This document shows, in pieces, positions 31,701-38,798 of a stretch of 60,936 nucleotides of DNA. The notes beneath the pieces were generated by a model that was given only the letters and a program-made list of their open reading frames with translations, had not been told where the DNA came from and made no database searches. Position 1 is the stretch's first letter, and the number at the start of each line of letters is the position of its first letter. The stretch is from a virus (Duplodnaviria > Caudoviricetes). The stretch covers positions 1 to 60,936 of IMG/VR virus record IMGVR_UViG_3300028592_000010; one strand, 5' to 3'. The position numbers and the translations under genes are program-made.

Positions 31701-31878
31701 CAGCCCGGCTGAGCAGCAGGCGTTCCTTGACATCGCCGAGGAGGTGCTGGCCGAGTGGGGACGCGACGATCAGGGAGAAATCCCGCTGGAGCCCGAAGCC
31801 GATGAGCAGCCCGGAGGGGTGACGGCTTCGGGCGAGCCCACGGCCCCGTTTCCCGGGCCACCTGACCTTTTGCCGTAA
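28759..31878 (+). CDS. Head-region polyprotein: 2x [Cys/His tag - GNAT-like domain - acidic repeat]
   Basis: Internal duplication; VQGGGF..RYNARAYQAY.EMGV.RVG..AD..VGG..WA..G[YF]D occurs twice. Confidence 0.75.
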   Translation: MDVALSRRLARALQHEADIEEQDSVVEEAQLVDTWEQLPQDIRELIEDLEDRPYREGVPYAWLGDPRETEKAWALEAQSHNRSMTASAGDYHEEFCRNPLHPGPCKGWRQALPEGDSRRRPRKDVAPAESSRRRKREVTQRLDTKAVEDELRRIQDTAPPSVLPPDAAQAAYADLQAAAGGDTGAQERITALARTTYEYQDDGVDGLQAIVRSVVPSRGTSNRGAGMTVSVEILDRQGRHVGMATRSWRVPPGSDKVQVRHSSFSLNDNVQGGGFSRRYNARAYQAYREMGVGRVGLTADDTVGGAAWALEGYDWTDQADLEAVANRWRRVHGRLQPGPIRDQINELLLRTRREDWDAGRHPSPYEFAMIGSEFTTQRPIRGTNRTYTSWIGKEVMAQTEWEGALGITEPNRPEANPPGRTAAAEPDMAGWDERTEFLQAVNELALAYANTVAEDVAAEDLYDPPGDYPEHHHLFAADEETSDVYTDLADDLMSEWGRDQPDTEEDDPDALVAHAGCAEFCRAPLHPGPCRGWRSRLRQKNPERARKLDERDRARREGRTPAKKAPAKKAAPAAPTETPQQRQARLDQEQLETARLGAEAQRQRELLRTRPMERVSPEGYSTARFQDDLYVAARAQNPRGLTQEERTRAAEANQRLTAWARAVWQHDDPQSGLRAEVQYVTASAPYGQPDRPNMQINLVIRDARGRQVGTSTRQVGVGVLASGGRDTLQAYHAFLRLDPSVQGGGFADRYNARAYQAYAEMGVTRVGVHADIDVGGYTWATQGFDFETRRDLDGFVSRATSVLRYGNPDPATRAEAQRLIDRSTEAHWRAGTHPTPYEFAMLGREQVSLRQAGRNPDGTVRHIVTWPGKDMLLGSSWHGVRPITLPVRRGGPSPFTRAGRPRKAAKKAVTAAAEAPMVEEFPEDPSGPGWDDRAGFLDAVGEWASAWANTVGDTVPVHQEDAHPNRDGETDYYANQHLISASPAEQQAFLDIAEEVLAEWGRDDQGEIPLEPEADEQPGGVTASGEPTAPFPGPPDLLP

Positions 31879-32851
31879 TCCTCTCCACCCGGGCCCGTGC
31901 AAGCGCATCTTCGACCGGATCAAGTACCGCAAGCGGCGGCCCCTCACGGGCCATTACACCTTCGGGCGCAGTCGTTGGTGGGATGCGGTTCCCGAGGACG
32001 ACGAGCGGCCGACGCCAGTCAGGGACCTGACCGTGCAGTTGGCGACCCGGGACTACACGATCCGCAACGGCACCGCGTACAAGATCGACGGCGTGGCCTA
32101 CCTGGTGGAGCACGACGACACCCCGGACGGCATCCGGGTGGGTCACGAGGTGCTTCAGCACGTGTTCAACTTGCACCGCGACAGCGTGGGCCCGCACGAC
32201 CCTGGCTACCAGCGGGCCTACCTGGTGGCCGAACGGGAGAGCCCGGCCGAGGCGTTGTACCGCCAGGCAGGCCGGTTCGGCAACGACCCGGACCAGCACC
32301 TCGCCGCAACGGCCGGTGACGGCTCGTCGTCGATCTGGGGCTACACCAGGTCGTGGTTCCGCCACGACCGCCTGGGCCCGGTGCTCCAGCACGAGTACGG
32401 CCACAACGTCGGCGCCCTGGCCCCCCGCATGCCCAGTGGTGAGCGGGTGGACGATTCCCCCGAGTGGCACGCGGCCGGTATGCAGGACGTGCGCGGCGGC
32501 GGCCCGTCACAGCGGGTGAGTAACGGGCGCATCATCCCCGGCACGGCGATGGGCAACCGGGGGCTGTATATCAACGCGGGCGCGATCCCGGGCACCAAGT
32601 ATGAGATCGGGGTCACGCCCTACGGGACCAGCAACCAGCGCGAGGACTTCGGCGAGTCCGTGATGATGTACCTGCACGGACAGATCGGGGTGGGCGTGCC
32701 GCAGGGGCACTCGGGTGAGGTGCCGATCTACTTTCGGGACTTCTTCCCGCACCGGGCCGCCATGCTCGACGCCCTGTTCCCCGATCACGCTACTGAGCAG
32801 TTGGCTCAGATTGCACGAGAGCGGACTTCCCCGACTCAGGGAAGTAGCTGA
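31868..32851 (+). CDS. HExxH zinc-peptidase-like domain with N-terminal Cys/His tag; probable +1 continuation of the upstream gene
   Basis: The frame of ORF 32033 is open upstream and encodes FCRNPLHPGPCK at 31868; LQHEYGH...TPYG..NQREDFGES. Confidence 0.65.
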   Translation, partial: FCRNPLHPGPCKRIFDRIKYRKRRPLTGHYTFGRSRWWDAVPEDDERPTPVRDLTVQLATRDYTIRNGTAYKIDGVAYLVEHDDTPDGIRVGHEVLQHVFNLHRDSVGPHDPGYQRAYLVAERESPAEALYRQAGRFGNDPDQHLAATAGDGSSSIWGYTRSWFRHDRLGPVLQHEYGHNVGALAPRMPSGERVDDSPEWHAAGMQDVRGGGPSQRVSNGRIIPGTAMGNRGLYINAGAIPGTKYEIGVTPYGTSNQREDFGESVMMYLHGQIGVGVPQGHSGEVPIYFRDFFPHRAAMLDALFPDHATEQLAQIARERTSPTQGSS

Positions 32852-32968
32852 TGGAGAACGCCTCGTCGTCCTCGACCTCCACCGACGCGGCAGGCGCGGC
32901 ATCGGTGACCGGCAGGCCGGTCTCGTCGTGGTACTGGACCTCTTCACTCATGACCCTGAGTATGGAGC

Positions 32969-33616
32969 GTGTCGGTGATCCAGAGCACGCACGCCTCCTG
33001 CACTGAGCAGTTCTGCCGCGCGCCGCTGCACCCCGGCCCGTGCAAGGGCTGGAAGCGCCAGCTTGACGTGCCCTCGGCCCAGCGGCGGACCAAGAGGCAC
33101 GAGGCGGACGTGCGGGTGGTTCCGCTGGGACGCGGCGCGGGGCGGCGCGTGCGACCGCCCAGCGGTGTGCGGCGGCGCCCGGACGCGAGCTACCGCGACC
33201 TCCCCGCCGAGGCGCAGGCCCAGGAACGCCAGCGGGTAATCAACGCGGCGCTACCTCATGCGGACCTGGCCGCCCAGATCGACCAGATGGTCCAGAACGG
33301 CGGTAGCGCCCGGGCGCTGCGCCACACCCTGTCGGGCGCCCTGGGCGAGCACCTGAGCACTCGCCAGCGCAACGCGCTGCTCGCGCTGGTGGACCGGCCC
33401 GAGGACCTGCGGGCGGCGGTTCGGGCCCAGGCGGCCCGGGAGGGCGTGGAGGTGCTGGGCCGCACCGAGGACGCGGCGCGGTTCGACCAGCGGCTGCACG
33501 AGTCGATCGGACCAGCCATCGCGCCCGGCGCACCCGTTACCGTGGTGAGACCCGGAGCCCGCCTGTGGATCGGGGAGGACGTGCTGATGCACAGTCGGAT
33601 GCAGGTGCAGGAATGA
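32969..33616 (+). CDS. Cys/His-tagged protein with GrpE-head-like C-terminus
   Basis: CTEQFCRAPLHPGPCKGW; GVEVLG....RFDQRLHESIG.....G.PVTVVRPG. Confidence 0.6.
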   Translation: MSVIQSTHASCTEQFCRAPLHPGPCKGWKRQLDVPSAQRRTKRHEADVRVVPLGRGAGRRVRPPSGVRRRPDASYRDLPAEAQAQERQRVINAALPHADLAAQIDQMVQNGGSARALRHTLSGALGEHLSTRQRNALLALVDRPEDLRAAVRAQAAREGVEVLGRTEDAARFDQRLHESIGPAIAPGAPVTVVRPGARLWIGEDVLMHSRMQVQE

Positions 33617-34494
33617 CCGACCCGTTCGTTAAGGACCAGTGGCTGCCGGACCGCATGGCCGCCCTGGGCATCCTGCTGCCCGGCGAGCGCGACATCTTCC
33701 AGGACTATGTGCGCCTGCTGGACGGGTTCTTTGCGGTGGTGCGGGGCGAGGTGCTCAAGCCGCTACTGAAGATCATCGACCCGTTCGGGGTGTTCCATGG
33801 CGTGGCCACGTTCAACCGGCTGCTCACCGACTTCCTGACCGGCGGCATCTCCAAGATGCTGGAGACCTCCTACGGGCGCGTCCTCGGGGAGCGCTACCCG
33901 TTCACCAACCGGCCCTACGTCGCGCGCCACCTGGAGGAGGTGCGCAACCGAATGGTGCGCATCCCGGAACAGGTGTTCGACCTGGTCCGCACCGAGGTGG
34001 ACGAGGGAATCAACGCGGGCGAGGGCGTGCCCGAACTCGCCAAGCGCATCGACGCCACCCTGCTCAACAGCGGCTCGGAGCGCTGGAAGAACCGGGCCGT
34101 GGTGGTCGCCCGCACCGAGTCCATGGGCGCGTACAACGGGGGCACCCTCGACGCTTTCAAGGTCATCCAGGAGGAGACCGACGAGAAGCTGGAGAAGGTC
34201 TGGCTGGCGACCATGGACACCCGCACCCGGGACACCCACTTCATCGCGGACGGCCAGCGGGTGCCCTTCGCGGCCCCGTTCATCGTGGGCGGCTTCCCGG
34301 GCATGTTCCCGGGCGACCCGACCTTGCCGGCCCAGGAGGTCATCCAGTGCCGGTGCACGTTCCTGGTGGTGGAGCCCGGCGAGGTCACCGACCTGTCCCA
34401 CCGGGGCTGGAAGCCCAACGCCAGCACCTCGGCGGAGGTTGCACGCAGGGCCGCACGTGGGATCATCCGTACGAGCGATCAGGAGGGGACATGA
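33613..34494 (+). CDS. MuF-family minor head protein
   Basis: VARTESMGAYN, KVWLATMDTRTRDTH, PGDP..PAQEVIQCRC. Confidence 0.9.
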   Translation: MTDPFVKDQWLPDRMAALGILLPGERDIFQDYVRLLDGFFAVVRGEVLKPLLKIIDPFGVFHGVATFNRLLTDFLTGGISKMLETSYGRVLGERYPFTNRPYVARHLEEVRNRMVRIPEQVFDLVRTEVDEGINAGEGVPELAKRIDATLLNSGSERWKNRAVVVARTESMGAYNGGTLDAFKVIQEETDEKLEKVWLATMDTRTRDTHFIADGQRVPFAAPFIVGGFPGMFPGDPTLPAQEVIQCRCTFLVVEPGEVTDLSHRGWKPNASTSAEVARRAARGIIRTSDQEGT

Positions 34495-36422
34495 CCGAGG
34501 CGCTGGTAGCGGCGGCTGTGCCGGGCCACATGCCCGAGCGGCTGGCCGAGTACTGGGTCCATGGCAAGGGGGCCCTCAAGATCCGCTGGGGCACCCCGGG
34601 CGACTTCAAGCGGTGCGTGCGCAACCTGCGCAAGTACTTCCCGACCAACCCCGAGGGGCTGTGCAACCGCCTCCACACGCGCGCTCTCGGCGTGCCGCCA
34701 GGCCAGGAGCACGCCCTGGACGGGCTGGAGCCCGGCGGCGTGTTCCGCAACGTGTCCACCGAGGAACGCAAGCGCCTGGCCGAGAAGGGCCACGCCATGC
34801 CGGACGGCTCGTACCCGATCGAGACCGAGGCCGACCTGGCCAACGCCATCCAGGCGGTGGGGCGGGCCAAGCCATCCGACCGGGCCGCCGTGCGTCGGCA
34901 CATCATCAAGCGTGCGCGGGCCCTTGGGGCCGAGGACAAGATCCCCGAGGCCTGGCTGAAGCGCTCCGCCCTGGAGGCCAGCCAGTTCGCCTACTACGAC
35001 GAGATGGCCGAGGACGACCTTTTCGACGAGACGCTGTACGAGGAGGAGGCCGCCCTCGTCCCCATGAAGCGGATGTGGCGCGGTCGCCTGGCCCCGATCG
35101 GCGCCCCGACCGGCGACCGCCGCCGCTTCGCCGAGGGCGGCATCAGCCACCGCGACCTCCCGCTGGCCCTGCTCTACCAGAAGATGACCGGCGAGGGACA
35201 CTCCTCCTCGGTGGTCGTGGGCCGCATCCTCGCTGTAGACGTGCGCCCGGACGAGGCCTACGGGTGGGGCGACTGGTTCGACACCGACGATGCGCGCGAC
35301 GCCCAGGCGCTGACCGACTCGGGCGTGGGCGGGCCCTCAGTCGACCTCGACGACATCGAGTACGAGTTGCGGGTGCCCGGCACCGACCAGCAGTGGCTGG
35401 CCAACGAGCAGTGCTCGGCGGACACGGGCGAGTGCAGCGTGCACGAGTTCGTGGTCACCAAGGGCCGCATCTCCGCCGCGACCATCGTGGCCATCCCGGC
35501 CTTCGCCGAGGCCAAGCTGGAGACGTACGACGCACCCGACGAGGAGGGCCTGCTGGCCGCCTTCGACGCGATGCCGATGGCCGTGGAGGACGACTCGTCG
35601 TGCGGGTGCGGGATGGCCGCCTCGGCCATCGAGGCCTACTGCGTGCCGGCCCCGGCGCTGACGGCGGCGGTCGCCACCACCTTCGCCCCGCCGGGTGCCG
35701 CGTTCACCGACCCCGGGTTCACCGAGTTCGCTGAGGCGATCCGCCTGGACGAGCACAAGTTCCCCGGGTACGTGGCCATCTACGGGCACGTCGCGCCGTG
35801 GCGCCTGCCGCACGTTGGCGTGCGCCAGGAGGCGCCACGCTCCCGTTCCGGGTACGCCTACTTCCACGTGGGCGAGGTCTACACGGCCGAGGGCGACTCG
35901 CTGGCGGTCGGAAAGATCGTGTACGCGGGCAAGCACCCGAGCCTCGACGTGGGGCTGCGCGCGGCGGTTCAGCACTACGACGACACGTCCAAGGCGGTCG
36001 CGGTCGTACGCGCCGGGGAGGACCGGTTCGGGATCTGGGTGGCGGGCGTCCTGCTGCCCTGGGTGGATGACCACACCAAGCTGGACCTGGGTTTGTCGCC
36101 GCTGTCGGGCGACTGGCGCCGGGTGGGTGGCGCGTACGAGATGATCGCCGCTCTGGCCGTGAACTTCCCGGGCTTCCCGGTGGTGCGCGAGCGCATGGAG
36201 GAGGGGCGCGGCGTGGCGCTCGTGGCCTGCGCGGGCACGTACGGGATGTTGGAGGACCCGGGCGAGTGGCGCATCCTGCGGGCCGAGGCGGGCCGTCTCG
36301 TGGTGCGTGACGGGGGGGGCAAGGAGTACCGGCTGGCGTACGAGCCGGTGCCGGTGGAGCCGCCGCCGGTGGACCGGGTGGCGGAGTTGTACGCCCTGTT
36401 CGGGGCGGGCAAGGAGGACTGA
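34491..36422 (+). CDS. Capsid maturation protease-like multidomain protein
   Basis: TGDRRRF, GPSVDLDD, ATIVAIPAF, GHVAPW, SGYAYFH, AGED.FGIWVAG, SGDWR; position in the head module. Confidence 0.7.
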   Translation: MTEALVAAAVPGHMPERLAEYWVHGKGALKIRWGTPGDFKRCVRNLRKYFPTNPEGLCNRLHTRALGVPPGQEHALDGLEPGGVFRNVSTEERKRLAEKGHAMPDGSYPIETEADLANAIQAVGRAKPSDRAAVRRHIIKRARALGAEDKIPEAWLKRSALEASQFAYYDEMAEDDLFDETLYEEEAALVPMKRMWRGRLAPIGAPTGDRRRFAEGGISHRDLPLALLYQKMTGEGHSSSVVVGRILAVDVRPDEAYGWGDWFDTDDARDAQALTDSGVGGPSVDLDDIEYELRVPGTDQQWLANEQCSADTGECSVHEFVVTKGRISAATIVAIPAFAEAKLETYDAPDEEGLLAAFDAMPMAVEDDSSCGCGMAASAIEAYCVPAPALTAAVATTFAPPGAAFTDPGFTEFAEAIRLDEHKFPGYVAIYGHVAPWRLPHVGVRQEAPRSRSGYAYFHVGEVYTAEGDSLAVGKIVYAGKHPSLDVGLRAAVQHYDDTSKAVAVVRAGEDRFGIWVAGVLLPWVDDHTKLDLGLSPLSGDWRRVGGAYEMIAALAVNFPGFPVVRERMEEGRGVALVACAGTYGMLEDPGEWRILRAEAGRLVVRDGGGKEYRLAYEPVPVEPPPVDRVAELYALFGAGKED

Positions 36423-36423
36423 C

Positions 36424-36588
36424 GTGGGTTGCGGATGTGGGGCGGGTGCGGCTGCGGCCGACACGCAGTGGATCATCAAGTTCACTGACGGGTCGCAGAG
36501 CACGACCAAGTACGCGAACGAGACCGAGGCCCGGGTGGCCCTGGCTCGTACCGGAAAGACCGGTATCGTGAGGTCGGTGCCCAAGTAA
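36424..36588 (+). CDS. Small MGCGCG head-module protein
   Basis: GGAGG RBS, GTG start, directly follows the protease gene. Confidence 0.6.
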   Translation: MGCGCGAGAAAADTQWIIKFTDGSQSTTKYANETEARVALARTGKTGIVRSVPK

Positions 36589-36677
36589 GGGTGCCCTCAG
36601 ACCAGTGACCGCGCGAGCTTCCCCCCGTTGCCGCGCGGTCACTGCTGTATGGTGGGCGCAGACATAAAGGGGGGCGC

Positions 36678-37139
36678 ATGGACCAGGCTGAGCTAGTGCT
36701 GGCCGACCTTTACCGCGAGACGATGCCGCTGGTGCACCGCATCGACGTGCTGACGGGTGGGAGCCTCTACGCCGACACGGTCCTGCTCGCGCGCCTGCGC
36801 GGGCTCGCGCGCGCGCTGGCGGACGTGAACCCCTCCCCCGAGGCGGCCTCATGCGTCATGGCCGCCCTGTTCCCATACGCCGACCCGCCACTGTCCTGGT
36901 GGTCGACCAGCGCGGGCCAGGCCGTCGCCCAGGCGATCGGCTACCACCGCTCGGTCTGCCCGGCTGGCCAGGCGGCGGCCATCCTCAACGTGAGCCGCCA
37001 GCGCATCACCCAGTTGGTGGCCGAGGGTCGCCTGGTCGAGGTGGCCTGGTCGCGCATGGCAGTGGCCGCGCCTTCCGTCCGGGATGAGTTGCTCCGGTAC
37101 GGCCGACGCGGCCAGGGGTTGGTCGCTAGATCCTCGTGA
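36678..37139 (+). CDS. HTH DNA-binding protein
   Basis: QAAAILNVSRQRITQLVAEGRL. Confidence 0.7.
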   Translation: MDQAELVLADLYRETMPLVHRIDVLTGGSLYADTVLLARLRGLARALADVNPSPEAASCVMAALFPYADPPLSWWSTSAGQAVAQAIGYHRSVCPAGQAAAILNVSRQRITQLVAEGRLVEVAWSRMAVAAPSVRDELLRYGRRGQGLVARSS

Positions 37140-37269
37140 TGGTGGTAGTGGAGCGCGGGGTGTCCTGCGCCCAGTCGCATGCGACGACCGACAGCAAGAT
37201 GACGCCGACGAGCACGGCCGTCTGGCACCAGGCCGCCAGGATGCGTGTGTTCACGGTCCTAAGCATGGC

Positions 37270-37608
37270 TCAGGCCAGCCCCGGGAGGCGTGCCTTGACC
37301 CAGGCCTCAGCCTCGGCCTCGGAGATGTCCGGCTCGACCTCCACGCGCAGGTACCGAACCTCCTCGTCCTCCATGTGGAGCCAGGTGGCCAGCCGGTAGC
37401 TGATGGCCGTGAGGGCCGCAAACGGGCTCTCGTGCATCTCGGGTGCGGCGTGCGCGTGGACCCTGCTCAGGCCCTCCCCGTAGCTGACCACCGAGCCGCC
37501 CACGGGCTGCATCCAGTCGTGGAGCCGGCTGATCTGTTCCCCCGTGAGGTTGAGCCGCACCTCGATGGTGACGGCCCAACCCCATGGCGCCTGCTCGTTC
37601 ATGGTCAC
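37270..37608 (-). CDS. Putative antitoxin-like partner of HicA
   Basis: Translationally coupled (GTGA) downstream of the hicA-like gene; acidic C-terminus. Confidence 0.4.
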   Translation of the reverse strand: MTMNEQAPWGWAVTIEVRLNLTGEQISRLHDWMQPVGGSVVSYGEGLSRVHAHAAPEMHESPFAALTAISYRLATWLHMEDEEVRYLRVEVEPDISEAEAEAWVKARLPGLA

Positions 37609-37805
37609 TTCCCCTTCCAGGTGAAGCCGGCCCTGCGGAGCACGGCGATCGCGTTCTTGAGGCTGCGCCAGTCGCTCGGGCTGGCCGGCAGGGTGGTGAC
37701 CACCTTGCCGTCTGGTCCCCAGACCAGGTAGTGGCCGCTCCCGGTTCCCCGGTAGGTGAAGCCTTGCCTAGCCAGTTCTCGGAGCAGCTTGTTGATGTCG
37801 CTCAT
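37605..37805 (-). CDS. HicA-like toxin
   Basis: KLLRELARQGF...TGSGHYLVWGPDG...TLPASPSD.RSLKN....LRRAG. Confidence 0.75.
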   Translation of the reverse strand: MSDINKLLRELARQGFTYRGTGSGHYLVWGPDGKVVTTLPASPSDWRSLKNAIAVLRRAGFTWKGK

Positions 37806-38798
37806 GTGAGCCCCCTCGGTCTCGGAACCCCGGTAGGTTCCTGTATGATCCGAGTATACATGTACGGTGCGACAACACAAGGGAGGGCCCGATGGCACGG
37901 CGCGTGGTGCTCGGTGAGGCGGACGAGCGCGAGATGAAGTTACCCGCCTGGGCGCGGGCTGAACTGGCTGCGCTGCGGGCGCGCGTGGGCGCGCTGGAGG
38001 CGGCCCGGCTGGAGGAACGGGCCAAGCTCCCCGTGAACTCCAAGGTCATTCTGGACCGCTACGGGGACTGGGGGCTCAACCTCCCGATCATCGGCCTCGA
38101 CGAGCGGGCTGAGGTCACGTTCTGGCTCGGCCGGACCGGTTCGCCCGACTGGGCCCACCGGGGCGTGGAGAACGAGGTCTCGGTGCGCCTCCAGCGCGAC
38201 CACGAGGACGTCCCGTACGTCAACGTCATCGGCTCGTCGCTCATCACGCTGGAGCCTGCGGCCTCCAACGTGATGCGGGTGAAGCTGGTGGCGCGGTGAT
38301 CGCGGGGGCGCGGCGGCTGCGGTTCTGGCGCTACCGCGAGACCCGCAACAAGGTTGTCTTCCAGGAGGAGTTCCCCCGGGGCGACCGCCCGGTGATCGGG
38401 CAGATCTACGTCGACAAGGACGCCCTGGCAGCGTGGGGCGACCCGACCGAGTTGGAGGTCACGGTGGCCCCGGCTCCGGCGAGTGCGGCGCCCGTGATGC
38501 GGGGCGGGCTGAGCTAGCTGTATCGTGTGATGTGACAGCGTGGGCGTCTGGCTCCCAGACTCCCGAGCGGGCTGGCCGGCACCGGCGGTTACCTGATCTC
38601 CCTTCGGTCGCCGCCGGGCATCAAGCCCGCTGATCGCGTGCTCTGGCATGGGGCGCGCGGTCCGAGACCCCGAGGTCCGGTAACCTCGGGGTCTCGTCAT
38701 GTTCGGGATCTCTCTGTTACGCTGCGCGTGATCGTCGCGGGTGCTGTGCTGTGGGCCGACCGGGCGGATTCTGTCCGTGTCGCTGCCTTGGAGCACCC

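Noticed and set aside
28597-31947. 1116-aa - strand ORF and other long antisense ORFs (e.g. 42106-44349, 39546-41144)
   Set aside because: Shadow ORFs of high-GC coding on the opposite strand, with no recognisable motifs.
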